Shown piece by piece: positions 43,028 through 56,659 of a stretch of 64,000 nt of DNA (the stretch's first letter is position 1; every line of letters starts with the position of its first letter). The notes below the pieces were generated by a model. It worked only from the letters and a program-made list of their open reading frames with translations, had not been told where the DNA came from and made no database searches. Source of the stretch: Macrostomum lignano (Eukaryota). The DNA is taken from NCBI GenBank assembly GCA_002269645.1, contig NIVC01003005.1:1-64000 (forward strand). Reading direction: 5' to 3'. A program made the position numbers and the translations under genes.

Positions 43028-44755
43028 TCAACTTGAAAGCCGTTCAAAGAACAGGTCCAACACTTTGTTTGCGCTCCAGTATTGGTCGCGAATCTGTTCC
43101 AGAGTGAGGTGATCGGGCAGTCGCTGATAATTGGTGGCGCCTTTCCCACCGCAATAGATGGCGTACTCAGGACTCGCTGTTGCGGAGCTACCCGATGAAG
43201 TTGCGGCAGTTGACGTGGCCGCGGCAGCGGCGGCAGCTTCGGCGGCGGCGGCTTCAGTAGCGGCCGCGGCGGTTGCGTCGCAGGTGGCGGCGTCGACTCC
43301 AGCCGCGGCGGCGGCTGCCGTGGCCGCGGCGGCTGCGGCAGCGGCAGCGGCGGCTACGGAGCTGGTCGCTTCGGGCCGATCGAGCGAATGCCGCAGGCGT
43401 AGGTAGCTGATGAGATGAGCCACCGTGGCGGTGCACACGGTTTTCAGATATTTTGTCTCGACGCCCCGGCCGGCGGACCAGCTGGGCAGCGGCTTCAACA
43501 GCAGCTCGATGTCCGTGTCAACCGAGGCGCTGCTAAATGTCGACGCGATTCGAGCCGAGGACGAAGCGGCGCCGCCTCGATTAGCTGCGGCGCCGTTGCC
43601 AAGGCAACTATCAGCGTCGTCGCGTGATCGTTTATTACCGTAACCATGGTGATGATTACTGCTAATATGGTTGTCAACGGAGCCGTTCGAACTGATCTCG
43701 TCGGCGTCATCTGCCTGCTGCTGGTGCGCCGTTGACCCAGCCGCCTGCTGACTGCTGGATGGACGCTGGCGCTTCTTGGCACCGCCGTGCGGACGCTGCT
43801 GAGAGCCGGGCTCGCCGCCGGCGCCGCCAGAGGCAGCGGAGTCGCAGCTCACCGTGCTGGCAAATTTTGACAGCTTGGCAAGGACCCGCTCCTCGTGCGC
43901 TTCGAACTCCTCGCGGCTAGGATAGATCTTGGCTATTAGCTGGTCGAAGTTCGGATCGTGCCGGAGAGAGCGCTTGGACACCAGCTTCTTGCGGCAGGTT
44001 GGGCACTCCTTGTTGCCGCTGCGCAGTGCTGTGATTATGCACACCTGGCAGGTGCAAGTCAATAAGATATTCTTCAGCTATTCTTTTATCAGACATTCAC
44101 GTTGCAACATGAACTTGGTCCTTTAGAAACTGCCCACTGCCATATGTACTCTGGTCCTTCAGTGACATTTCCCACTCTACCCTCTCTGGTCCTTCAGTGA
44201 CATTTCCTGCTCTACCCTCTCTGGTCCTTCAGTGACATTTCCCGCTGTACCCTCTCTGGTCCTTCAGTGACATTTCTGGCTCTACCCTCTGGTCCTTTAG
44301 TGACATTTCCCGCTGTACCCTCTCTGGTCCTTCAGTGACATTTCCTGCTCTACCCTCTCTGGTCCTTCAGTGACATTTCCCGCTGTACCCTCTCTGGTCC
44401 TTCAGTGACATTTCTGGCTCTACCCTCTGGTCCTTTAGTGACATTTCCCGCTGTACCCTCTCTGGTCCTTCAGTGACATTTCTGGCTCTACCCTCTGGTC
44501 CTTCAGTGACATCTCGGGAGGTTGCGCATGCATAGTTGCTACACTATTATTGATACCAACCTGGCAGAATCGGTGCAGACACTCTTTAGTGGTCATGGTG
44601 TGCTTGAGTATGTCCAAACAGATTGGACACATCAGTTCGCTGTGCAAAGCCCGCGGCGATACAGCAATTTCTGTATTGTCAGTAATGGCTTCTTGTGGCC
44701 GACGTTTGGTCTCATACAACGAAAGCTCCCAAGTTTTCAATGGTGCACTTTCCAT
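43028..44755 (-). CDS. RNF2: Polycomb PRC1 E3 ligase RING1/RNF2 (Sce) homolog
   Basis: Exons 44755-44561 and 44044-43028. KTWELSLYE...[37 protein letters not shown]|[44 protein letters not shown], plus a C-terminal RAWUL-like region ([18 protein letters not shown]...[11 protein letters not shown]). Confidence 0.95.
44150..44515. repeat. 33-35-bp minisatellite CTGGTCCTTCAGTGACATTTCCCGCTGTACCCTCT
   Basis: Fills most of the RING1 intron. Confidence 0.96.
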
Positions 44756-46099
44756 TATTAATTTAATGGACTGGCAAGTGGACCCTTACTCATGAGAAAC
44801 AATACAATTTCGTAGGTAAACACTTCAGGTTATTTTAACTTTTATAGCTGTATGCTGTGTGTATAGATGTTTAGGTTTTTGGACTTTTAACTTCAAGTGT
44901 TCATCATTTTAGCAATATATTAATTCAAAATATAAGATACTCATTAAATATACGCCAACTTTTACAATTAGCTAAACCAAGTCTATTTTTACTAAAAATA
45001 CAACTAAATTTGTCACTCCTACTATTCAGTTGTCTATTTTTGGGGCTATTTAATAATATAATTATTGTTGTGAAAAATTTGAATTTAGAGAAGAAATCTG
45101 TACCTCTTAAAATACAAAAGGCTTTTTCTATCAAGATTTATATTAACCTAGCATCAAACTGTAAGAAAAACTAAGACTGGAATTAAGTAAGGTTAAGTTG
45201 TAATTTTTTATTTCAAACAAAACTTGAAAAAGGTTTCTGTATGAGCAAGTGACTCCTTACTAAGCCTATATATAAGTTAGCCTATCATTGCATAGGACTA
45301 CTAGGTCTAGGCTAGATAAAAGAGAATTTTAATAAGTTAGTTGGAAAAAACAAAGAAAAGTTATGACCTGCATAATTAGTTTGGAGCAATCCTTAGTGGA
45401 ATAGGCAACCCTTGCCTCTGTTGTCTATAGACTACCTTGTAGCCTATAGATAGCCTATATTTGTTTTGAAAATATGCAACAAAGGCAATATCAGATGCTA
45501 TGTTAAGCAATACTTTTCTTGTTCCAACTTTATTTTTAGATCTAAAATACTCTTTAAAATTATTTATAGACTTAAGAACAAAAAGAACAAAAATTTCTTA
45601 CAAAAAGCTACAAAGCTTGAAATCCTAACTAAAAGGAACCACATTGACCATAATTGTTTGTTTAAAAGTTTGACACAGCCATTTTAGCACATGACCATAT
45701 TTTTGATATATGGCTATTTTGATGAATGGTCATTTTATTATAAGGTTACTAGATATATATCACCTCACTATTTTGACATGACCAACTAAACTAGGCCTTT
45801 TAAATATATGGCTATTGTTTATCTTATATTAAGAAACCATTTAATTTGGCAACCAGTTGACATGGCAATAGTCAATTTGGTAACAAATCAATTTGATGAT
45901 CATTAAGGGCCTCAAGGGATTTTCAAAGTGCCAAAAAACCCTATTTGGCCTAAAAACCAGGTTTTAGGACCATTAAATACTATAATGCAGCCAACATCAT
46001 CAAAGAGTGGAGCAAAGCATGGAAGATACCCATCTCAGTCAACAAAGCTCTATAACATTATTTAGTATGGGTGCAACAAAGCTCAAAGAGGGAAACTTT

Positions 46100-46520
46100 G
46101 TTAGGATGCTAGCCCATGATGCAAGTAGGAGGAATTTCCCTCTTTTTCTAAGGGTTACACTTGATGGCAAGCTAACATTCAAGCAACATATGAGCAACAG
46201 TGATAAAAATATTTTTTATTTTCTATAATAATTTTTCTGCTTAAAATACTAGAATTTAGTACTACAATTTGCTAGAAAAGGCTGAACCTAATGCATAAGC
46301 TAGCTAGAACCAACTGGGGCTAGGATGGCAATATCCTTAGACAAACCTACCTGGCAGTCATCTATAGCCAGATGCTATATAATGAGTAGAATAGAAACCC
46401 TTAGATCAAAGATGAGCTATGGCAGAGGCTAGATTTTGTCTAGAGAATAGCAGATAAAATCATTGCTAGCCTTATAGTGACCATGCCCATTGCAGCAGTG
46501 TTCATGGAGAGTGAGCTATC
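46100..46520 (+). mobile_element. Degenerate non-LTR retrotransposon (LINE) ORF2 fragment, C-terminal to the RT core
   Basis: Translates to FLRVTLDGKLTFKQHM, RRLNLMHKLARTNWG and LRQTYLAVIYSQMLY, resembling YLGVxLDxxLxFxxH...RLxxLxxLxxxxWG...LRxxYxAxIxSxLxY; interrupted by stops and frameshifts. Confidence 0.6.
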
Positions 46521-47049
46521 TGCCAAGGTCTTTAGGTAGCTTAATGAAACATGTTCATTAGGTTAGAACTGCACTTACTTTGCTGGGAACCTGCCTTTAA
46601 GGAGCAGATGGAGCACATGGTAGGGATGGATTTGTCTAGTGTGGGAAAGGGATGTCTAGCAGGTTGCCAGGGGCCCTAGCTCAGCTTGGCCAAACAATAA
46701 GCAGGGAACAGCCTTGAAACTGTGAGGAATGTGCCCTGTCTGATTAACAAATTAGGACAGTTACAATTGAAGCTTAAGGCTTGTGCTCAGTCTGAGCTTA
46801 GCACCCTTGCCATTAATCCCTGTTGCATACCAGTTCTTACCCCATGCTGATTGCTAACGATTTCTTATATTCCTACTAATCTCAAAGGCACCATTTTAGT
46901 AGAGCACTAGCAATCTTCGCCCCCCGTTGGGGGACATCTGTATAGAACCTCTGTTCTCTACAAGTAACAAAAAGATAGCCAAAAAAGGCCTTCACAAAAA
47001 AAAACAGACAAAATACTCAAAGGAAGTGCAATGCAAAAAGAAATCATCC

Positions 47050-47450
47050 CAAGACAGCAAGCATCCCCCAGATAGCAAGCATCTTCCAGATTACAAGCAA
47101 CCCCCAGATAGCAAGCATCCCCCAGATAGCAAGCATCCCCCAGATAGCAAGCATCCGCCAGATAGCAAGCATCTTCCAGATAGCAAGCATCCGCCAGATA
47201 GCAAGCATCTTCCAGATTACAAGCAACCCCCAGATAGCAAGCATCCCCCAGATAGCAAGCATCCCCCAGATAGCAAGCATCCCCCAGATAGCAAGCATCC
47301 GCCAGATAGCAAGCATCTTCCAGATTACAAGCAACCCCAGATAGCAAGCATCCCCCAGATAGCAAGCATCCCCCAGATAGCAAGCATCCGCCAGATAGCA
47401 AGCATCCCCTACATAGATAGCATCCCCAAATAGCAAGCATCCACCAGACA
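47050..47450. repeat. 18-bp minisatellite CCAGATAGCAAGCATCCC
   Basis: Tandem copies. Confidence 0.95.
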
Positions 47451-47519
47451 ATAAGTAGCTAGTGCGATAATTTCCTTAGCATTATAGTGGCTCCTTTAAA
47501 ATTCGCTTACTTTTATGTT

Positions 47520-50500
47520 TGAAATTGTGTAAATTTTATGTTTGACATGGTGGCTGTTTTAAGTTCTACATGGCAACTGTTTTATGTTTGAAACGATGGC
47601 TTTTTAATGTCAGACATGGTGGCTCTTTTATGTTTTACATGGTGGCTCTTTAATGTTTAACCTGGTGGCTCTTTTATGTTTGAAACAGTGGCTCTTTTAT
47701 GTTTGACACAGTGACTCTTTAATGTTCGACAAAGTGGCTATTTAATGTTTGACAAGGTGGCTTTTAAATGTTTGACATGGTGGCTCCTTAATGTTCGAGA
47801 AAGTGGCTCTTTAATGTTTTTCATGGTATAGCTCTTTTATGTTCGACATGGTGGCTCTTTTAGGTTTGACATGGTGGCTCTTTTAGGTTTGACATGGTGG
47901 CTCTTAAATGTTTGACATGGTGGCTCTTAAATGTTTGACATGGTGGCTCTTTAATGTTCGAGAAAGTGGCTCTTTAATGTTTTTCATGGTATAGCTCTTT
48001 TATGTTCGACATGGTGGCTCTTTTAGGTTTGACATGGTGGCTCTTTTAGGTTTGACATGGTGGCTCTTAAATGTTTGACATGGTGGCTCTTAAATGTTTG
48101 ACATGGTGGCTCTTAAATGTTTGACATGGTGACTCTTTAATGTTTCAAATGGTGGCTCTTTAATGTTTTACATGGTGGCTCTTAAATGTTTGACATGGTG
48201 GCTCTTAAATGTTTGACATGGTAGCTCTTTAATATTCTACATTGTGGCTCTTAAGTGTTCGAAATTGTGGATCTTTTAGGTTTGACATGATGGCTGTTTA
48301 ATGTTCAACATAGTGGCTCTTTAATATTCTACATGGTGGCTCTTTTATGTTTAACATGGTGGCTCTTAAATGTTTGACATGGTGGCTCTTTAATGTTCGA
48401 AATGGTGGCTCTTTTGTTTTACATGGTGGCTCTTTAATGTTTGACATAAAGTCACTTATATGTTCGAAATGGTGGCTCTTTAATATTTTACATTGTGGCT
48501 CTTAAGTGTTCGACATGGTGGCTCTTTTAGGTTTGACATGATGGCTCTTTTAGGTTTAACATGGTGGCTCTTTTAGGTTTAACATGGTGGCTCTTTTAGG
48601 TTTAACATGGTGGCTCTTTTAGGTTTAACATGGTGGCTCTTAAATGTTCGACATGGTGGCTCTTTAATGTTCGACATGGTGGCTCTTTAATATTCTTCAT
48701 GTTATAGCTCTTTCATGTTTGACATGGTGGCTCTTTATTGTTCGAAATGGTGGCTCTTTAATGTTCGAAATGGTGGCTCTTTAATGTTCGAAATGGTGGC
48801 TCTTTATGTTTGACATGTTGGCTCTTTTATGTTTGACATGTTGGCTCTTTTATGTTTGACATGGTGGATCTTTAATGTTCGAAATAGTGGCTCTTTTATG
48901 GTCGACATGGTGGCTCTTTATGTTCGAAATGGTGGCTCTTTAATGTTCGAAATAGTGGCTCTTTCATTTTCGACATGGTGGCTCTTTATGTTTGACATGT
49001 TGGCTCTTTTATGTTTGACATGTTGGCTCTTTTATGTTTGACATGGTGGATATTTAATGTTCGAAATAGTGACTCTTTTATGGTCGACATGGTGGCTCTT
49101 TTAGGTTTGACATGGTGGCTCTTTAATGTTCGACATGGTGGCTCTTTAATGTTCGACAATGTGGCTTTTGAATGTTTTACATGGTGGCTCTTTTATGTTC
49201 GACATGGTGGCTCTTTAATGTTTGACATGGTAGCTCTGTTATGTCCGAAATGGTGGCTCTTTAATGTTTGACATAAAGTCACATATATGTTTGACATGGT
49301 GGCTCTTAAATGTTTGACATGGTGGCTCTTTATGTTTGACATGTTGGCTCTTTTATGTTCGAAATGGTGGCTCTTTTTTGTTCTACATGTTAACTCTTTT
49401 TATTTGATACGGTGGCTTTTTTAATGTCTGACATGTTGGCTCTTTAATGTTCGACAAAGTGGCTCCTAAATGTTTGACATAGTGGCTCATCAATGTTTGA
49501 CAATGTGGCTTTTGAATGTTTGACATGGTGGCTCCTTAATGTTTTACATGGTTGCTCTTTTATGTTCGACATGGTGGCTCTTTAATGTTTGACATGGTAG
49601 CTCTGTTATGTCCGAAATGGTGGCTCTTTAATGTTTGACATAAAGTCACATATATGTTTGACATGGTGGCTCTTAAATGTTTGACATGGTGGCTCTTTAT
49701 GTTTGACATGTTGGCTCTTTTATGTTCGAAATGGTGGCTCTTTTTTGTTCTACATGTTAACTCTTTTTATTTGATACGGTGGCTTTTTTAATGTCTGACA
49801 TGTTGGCTCTTTTATGTTTGACATGGTGGCTCTTTAATGTTCGACAAAGTGGCTCCTAAATGTTTGACAATGTGGCTTTTGAATGTTTGACATGGTGGCT
49901 CTTTAATGTTTGACATGGTAGCTCTGTTATGTTCGACATGGTGGCTCTTCTAGGTTTGACACGAAGGCTCTTAAATGTTTAACATGGTGGCTCTTTAATG
50001 TTTCACATGGTGGCTCTTTAATGTTCGAAATGGTGGCTCTTTTATGTTTAACTTGGTAGCTCTTTGTTATTTTACATGGCAGCTCTTTTATGTTCGACAT
50101 GGTGGCTCTTTAATATTCTTCATGTTATAGCTCTTTCATGTTTGACATGGTGGCTCTTTAATGTTCGAAATGGTGGCTCTTTAATGTTTAACACAAAGTC
50201 ACATATATGTTTGACATGGTGGCTCTTAAATGTTTGACATGGTGGCTCTTTATGTTTGACATGTTGGCTCTTTTATGTTTGACATGTTGGCTCTTTTATG
50301 TTTGACATGGTGGCTCTTTAATGTTCGAAAAAGTGGCTCCTAAATGTTTGACATAGTGGCTCTTTGATGTTCGAAATAGTGACTCTTTTATTTTCGACAT
50401 GGTGGCTGTTTAATGTTAGAAATGGTGGCTCTTTTATGTTTGACATAAAGTCACTTATATACTTTACATGGTGCCTCTTAAATATTAGACATGGTGGCTC

Positions 50501-51200
50501 GTTTAGGTTTGACGTGGTAGCTCTTTAATGTTCGACATGGTGGCTCTTTAATGTTCGACAATGTGGCTTTTGAATGTTTGACATGGTGGCTCGTTTTTGT
50601 TCGAAATGGTGGCTCTTTTTTGTTCTACATGGTAACTCTTTTATATTTAATACGGTGGCTTTTTTAAAGTCTGACATGTTGGCTCTTTTATGTTTGACAT
50701 GGTGGCTCTTTAATGTTCGACAAAGTGGCTCCTAAATGTTTGCCATAGTGGCTCTTTAATGTTTGACAATGTGGCTTTTGAATGTTTGACATGGTGGCTC
50801 TTTAATGATAGACATGGTGGCTCTTTTATGTTCGAAATGGTGGCTCTTTAATGTTTAAAATAGTGGCTCTTTTATGTTCGATATGGTGGCTCTTTAATGT
50901 TCGAAAAAGTGGCTCCTAAATGTTTGACATAGTGGCTCTTTAATGTTCGAAATAGTGGCTCTTTTATTTTCGACATGGTGGCTCTTTAATTTCGAAATGG
51001 TGGCTGTTTAATGTTCGAAATGGTGGCTCTTTTATGTTTGACATAAAGTCACTTATATGTTTTAAATGGTGCCTCTTAAATATTAGACATGGTGGCTCGT
51101 TTAGGTTTGACATGGTGGCTCTTTAATATTCGATATGTTAGCTCTTTTATGTTCGACATGGTGGCTCTTCTATGTTTGACATTGCGCTTCTTTTATGTTT
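47520..51200. repeat. 23-bp degenerate satellite TGTTTGACATGGTGGCTCTTTAA
   Basis: About 3.7 kb array with internal higher-order duplications. Confidence 0.96.
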
Positions 51201-51247
51201 AGAAGTTTTGTGTTTTTAAGGTGTTTTAATAAAAAAAAATCTTTTTT

Positions 51248-51313
51248 GCCCTACTAAGATTCGAACCCAAGTCGCTACATTAGCATTCCAGTCTGTTCGC
51301 ATCTGGGCTATCT
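51248..51313 (-). other. tRNA-like / SINE-head remnant
   Basis: Minus strand GATAGCCCAGATG...GGGTTCGAATC contains an A-box-like and a good B-box motif; no convincing cloverleaf. Confidence 0.3.
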
Positions 51314-52069
51314 TTTTCAATTGGAGAATAAAAATTGTGGCCCTTATAATTCAATTCTTACAGCAAGTCAATTGGAGTAAAAAGTTATGACATAATCAAT
51401 TTCTCAGTCAGCCAGAATCAGTCTCAATTTAAGTTGCCAATATGGTTACGCAATTTCATTCAAGTCGTGTGTGCATTTCTTTGACACTGTTTTCAACTTG
51501 TTGTGATGCAATCTTTATCACAATCGGAATTCAGCCAGTCAGTTTTTTCTCTAGCATTCTTACAATGCATTTCAAGTCGAAAATTTTGCTTGACCTTTGC
51601 AAAAAAGCATGTTTTTCAAATATTTAATCCCTTTAACATTGAGCAATTTCTTAGCCACGATGCATGTACCGTCCCAGGAAAATTTCTGATCGAATGGTGC
51701 AAGTTTGAAGAAAATCGGTTGAGCCAATTTTTCTGAAATCTATCGCATACCCACAGACAACTCATTTTTAGTATATAGGATTTATACCAAGCACTTACTT
51801 TTAACTTTAAATTTCTTTGTGAAAATGAGTTCTTTTCAGAGCCTTGAAAATTAGCGAAGTCAAGTTTTTGTCCTTTGGTCAATAGGATGGAGTGGAGCCA
51901 AGATTTCTGACCACTTATTCTCCATCCATGGTGAGAACAGCCTAGAAAAACTGCAATTTATAGATAGATTGAATGCTTTAGAGATGGCCAGTCTGCTATG
52001 AATGATCAGCTATGCTTTGCCTCTGGCAATCCTTGCATGTTGGATGGCAAGACATTCTATCAAGGGATC

Positions 52070-52170
52070 AAAACAGTTTTTTGCCCAGGCCATTAATGGC
52101 ATGCTTTCAAGGTGGCAGAGGTGTGTCCAGCTGAATGGGGACTATGTAGAGAAGTTGCAGGTTGAGCTTG
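52070..52170 (+). mobile_element. Mariner transposase C-terminal relic
   Basis: QFFAQAINGMLSRWQRCVQLNGDYVE resembles the mariner tail F(Y/F)xxGIxxLxxRWxKCxxxxGxY(F/V)E. Confidence 0.6.
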
Positions 52171-52881
52171 ACAATTCGCTTTGAATTTTGAACTGGTGCA
52201 TGCCCTAAGGATTTATCAACAGTTTGAATTGTTCTGTGTTTTATTGTTTAAAATCATTGCCATAAATTTTTGAGATTGTGTAACACTACCCCTGACCTTC
52301 ACGCACATTTCTTGCTACAGCTCTGAGCTCCTGAATAAAAAAGATAGGCCTAGCCCTAGGCCTATCAACATGATTTTAACTTTTTTGTGACAATTTTTTT
52401 TTCATTTGATATGCCTTACCATGGGTGTGAAATTTCATGGCGCCATTGAAGAGCTACATTAGACATTCCGGGAACTTTTGGGACACCCCTGGTAGTAGCC
52501 TTTTGCATTGCAAAATACAAATTTCATTTTTCTAAAGGCAGGATGCAGGTGAAGCGGCTCGCGTGCGGCAAGATGAAGACCACTTGTCTTTTAATAAAGT
52601 GCTGCGGCTGGGCCTTTTACGGCTCGAGTTTATTTGGGCCATAGACAGTTTGAGCAGCAGTGGCTGGCTCTGTCAAAAGTACATGTGTCTGCTACACAGG
52701 GCAATTACCCTTATGCCCTATATAGCAGGTTGTTTAATTATTATAAACATAAGATGAAACACTTTATAAAAATTAAAAAAATGCCTAGGTCTACATTATA
52801 TAGTTGTGGCTGAAAAATTAAAATTTAAAAACTAAAAAAGGTCAGCTTCAACTATAACCTATACTATAGGCCAATATTGCA

Positions 52882-53480
52882 GAAGGTGTAGTATACGCCA
52901 GAAAATTCCGGCATACAACGCTTTAGCTGGCATACATCTGGCGTACAAATGCTTTAGCTAATGTACATATTGGCGTACAATGAGGAAAAACTACTTTCTG
53001 GCAATCATTGGCTTACAATTTTTAACAATACATGTTCAAGCTTGCGGTGCGGCAAACATAAGCATTGATGTATAGTCATAATTGTGTAAATTACGCTAAG
53101 CAATCCTTTGTTGTAGTAGAAGTTAACTGAAGTTTTAAGACTATGAATTAATTTTTAAAATAATAAACCTAATTTTTCTTTAGTAACTAGTAAAAACAAT
53201 ATCTAAAACAATATTATACATAACTATTTTGTTTTTACTTATTATTTAGGTTTTTTAAATAATAGGCCTACTACGCTTCGTTAAATTTGCTGCCATGCCA
53301 TCATTATTAAAATTGCTACGCATATGCGTACTAGGCCTACTGCTCGTGGTATTAGTTATCTGCTTTTTCATTACGCAATTTTTAGTGGCGTACAATTTAC
53401 TAGACCACTTAATTGATGTAATTTACTGGCGTACATTTTACTAGATAGCCAAATAATTTCCGGCGTACATGTAACACGAT
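52882..53480. mobile_element. Probable degenerate MITE
   Basis: Imperfect terminal inverted repeats GTGTAGTATACGCCAGAAAATT / AATTTCCGGCGTACATGTAACAC, with internal GGCGTACA repeats near both ends. Confidence 0.45.
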
Positions 53481-55195
53481 CCACAATATGGCCTATCTTA
53501 GCTATCTATAGGGCCTAGCTAATAACAGCCTAGTGGATCCATGATTTTTTGGAGGTAGAGCTAAAGGCCTAAAAATCAATTTTTGGGTGCCACCGAATTT
53601 GTCAACATCTTAAGTTTGTCTTATCTTAGGTTAACCTAACCTAACTAATCTTAGGTTTACCTTAGGGCCTACCATGCAGTGGCATGCACAGGCATACACT
53701 GTTGACAAATTTGGTTACCTGACAATAGGCTATTGGTATTGACCAGCTAGTATATTTTTATAGTCCAATGCTATACTGCTAGCTACTAATAGTAATAGAG
53801 GGTATTGCTACTGATGATTTTTCTCAAATTTTGGAAGCTAGATCTACCTTAGCTTAGGATGTTTTAAGGTTTTTTGCTAAATCAAAGATGACACAAATTT
53901 TAACACAAGAACTTCATCTTATTAAAATTTCTTAAGTGGTATTTCATAACTTAGATTTTTAAGGAGCATAAATATACATGTATCTACGTGTTTCCATTGG
54001 ATAAGATATATATTGCCCCATAAGAGCCACTGAAATTATATAGAGGTATATATTTCTTCTACAAGTGTTGCGAGTATAAAAATATATTAGGAACAAAATT
54101 GACACAAGTTTCACAAATTTCCATTATGTATTTTTTTCGAAAAATATTTACTATTCTTTAACTTCATTTTAACATGCTTGGGAAACATTTTTTTATTAAT
54201 TTTAGATTAATTATATCTTTGTAAGTAACATGTGACTTTGTAGTAATCGTAAACATTTGAAACTTATGCTGTTACAATTTTTATGAACATTTTTTGAAAA
54301 CTAACATAAATAAATTACATAATTTATTAGTAAATTATGTTACCAATTTTTCACTTTGTCACCAGCTCATCTGTCATCAGTAATTAGTGACCAGCCCTCA
54401 CAAAAGCAGAAGACAGCAATTGGGCCAAGCAAGAGTGAAAGCAAAGTGGAGCGCAGAAAGCAAAGTGGCCTTCAACTAACTATATGAGCGTTTATTGTTA
54501 TAAAGAAAGACAAGTTTTAGAGTTTAAAATTAAATGTTCATGCGTAAGAAAAAAAATTATAGCAGCAAGAACACTAAGCACAATGCTGAATATGGCATGC
54601 TAAATAGCCTACAAAGGAGGTGGGGCTAAGTACAGCTTGCCTTAAACAGATGCACAAAGGCAGGGGGGTGGCTGGTCACTAAAGTTGGTTTGCACAAGTT
54701 TCAAGCACCTATGCAAACCATTGCAATATGAAATTTTTGTTCCTTTACAATATGTGCAGCAAGATTTTGTTGACATAGATTAAGTCATATGTTGATAGGA
54801 GCTAAAGTATTTTTTTCCGAATATGCAATGTAATGTATACGAAAATTGTCAGGTGAGATAGGAAGATACAAGGATGGTCACCTAGGGGCTGCAGCCCCCT
54901 TTTCCCCTGCCTATGCTACTACTGTGGCTTATATATTTAGGAATATTTGCTTGGTTTCTATACTTAGCAGCACTTGCAACTCATATGCCTAGCTATGCTA
55001 AGACCTATTTAAATCTTTGTCATGCTATAAAGCTCTTTTTTAAGGTTATAAAGCTGTCTTAGCAGTTTTATCTTCTAATTTTAATTTTTAGGCCTAAAAG
55101 CTCTGAGCTTTATAATCTAGAATCTTTTAAGTTAGATAGACTAGACTTGGAATATAAGAGAAATATTATTAGCCTTAACATATAAACAATACCAT

Positions 55196-55359
55196 ATGCA
55201 TGCTTGGGTGCAACCTAGGGATTCACCAGCTGTTTCAATTGGCAACACACAAATTGCTATTGGACAAAATAGTAGTCACGTGACTGCTTTCAGCCAATAG
55301 CAACTTACGTGTTGCCAATAGAAACGGCTGGGTGATTCCCAAGGTTGCACATGCATGCA
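55196..55359. repeat. Long imperfect palindrome centred on GTCACGTGAC
   Basis: Mirrored arms: GTGCAACC/GGTTGCAC, GGGATTCACC/GGTGATTCCC, TTGGCAACAC/GTGTTGCCAA and TTGCTATTGG/CCAATAGCAA around 55279-55280. Confidence 0.85.
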
Positions 55360-55680
55360 GGGTCCATATAGGCCCCAAACCTTCAATTCATAGTGAGTCT
55401 TCATTAAGCTATGAAGTCTTAGCAACTCCCTTTGGGCTTTAAAATCTCAACAACTCCACCTGAACTTTGAAATCTCAATAAAATGAGCTTTAGAGTCTCA
55501 GCAACTACTTTTAAACATTGAATCTCCATCACTACTTATGTATCTGATGTTAAAATTTGTGAATGCTGCACTTTGCATCTGTGGCTAGCTATCATGACTT
55601 GATATCCTTAACTTAAGCACAAAGTGGTGCAATTCTAAAATTAAAAAGCCCGAAAAACTTTTTCATGCTAAACTTCAGCG

Positions 55681-56055
55681 ATGTCCTGGAGCTCCTGGTT
55701 CGGCGGCGGCTCGTCTGGCGGAAGCGACAAGCCAGCCTCTAGCGATGCCTACAACGACACGAGTAGCTTCCAGTACGAGACGGTGCCCAGCATAGGCTCA
55801 TCCAGCAGCTACGGCAGTTCGAGCGGCGGCACTGCAGAATTCCAGCAGCAGGTTCAGCAGCAGATGCTGGTAGCGGAACTGCAGCGGCGCATCGGCCAGC
55901 TGAGCGGCCTGTGCTGGGAGAAGTGCATGACGGCCTATCCGAAATATTCTATCAGCTCTCGCGAGGAGAACTGCGTGACCAACTGCGCCGAACGTTACCT
56001 GGACGTCAGCTCGCTGATTGCCGAAGGACTGGCTAAAAAATTTGAAGCCTCTTAA
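55681..56055 (+). CDS. TIMM8: Small Tim chaperone of the mitochondrial intermembrane space, Tim8-like
   Basis: Twin CX3C motif LCWEKCM...ENCVTNCAERYLDVS. The CWEKC/ERxxD pattern fits Tim8 better than Tim13. Intronless ORF with an acceptor-like TTCAG 2 nt before the ATG. Confidence 0.8.
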   Translation: MSWSSWFGGGSSGGSDKPASSDAYNDTSSFQYETVPSIGSSSSYGSSSGGTAEFQQQVQQQMLVAELQRRIGQLSGLCWEKCMTAYPKYSISSREENCVTNCAERYLDVSSLIAEGLAKKFEAS

Positions 56056-56659
56056 CATTATTTAGTCGGCATCAGCTCGGTTTGCTATTAGTGTTTTTTA
56101 GCCTTTTTTAGCGTATTATTAGTTTAGCTAGCTAAAATTGACGCTACCTTTAATTAAATAAATTCGGTAATCAACAACTATCAGGCAGTGTTTACGTTAT
56201 TTTGATTGAATACGCTTAAATATGCTTTGTTACTCCTACATTGTTGCAGCCTTAAAAGTTTATTTTTATGTAAAAAATGGAGTCGGTTACGCTTAAGAGC
56301 AGCATGTACAGGTTTGGTCATATATATGTACACATTCATATGCTGTAAATGACCATAAGAAAAAAGCTATATAAAAACAAAGCAAGCAGTTAAATTAATT
56401 TTGTTTTTCATCATAAACAGCAGTAACAAATTAGTTAATGCCAGTGTTCAAGTAAAATTACATGAAATTTAAGTAGTCACCTAAAATGCAAAAATTACTT
56501 GTTGATTTTGCAAAAGCTGGAAGTTAGGCAAAAACTTACTTTTTTAGTCAGAAAAACAGAAAATTCAGCTCAAGCGAAACGAGTAATAAATACTGTTATT
56601 AAATGTAATTTTTCTGCAAACTGCTGCTTTAGTGGGCCCTTTTTGGTCCATCGCTGGGT

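Noticed and set aside
42031-43036. 325-aa (PIPIDPQPRES)n and 319-aa (MGDSLGWGSIG)n ORFs
   Set aside because: In-frame translations of a 33-bp minisatellite on both strands.
47520-51200. Pol III A-box/B-box array (GGTGGCTC...GTTCGA)
   Set aside because: The B-box-like segments lack the required downstream C (GTTCRAnnC); the resemblance is probably chance.
52440-52495. Tc1-like terminal repeat (TTTTGGGACACCCCTGGTA)
   Set aside because: No matching opposite terminus could be identified.
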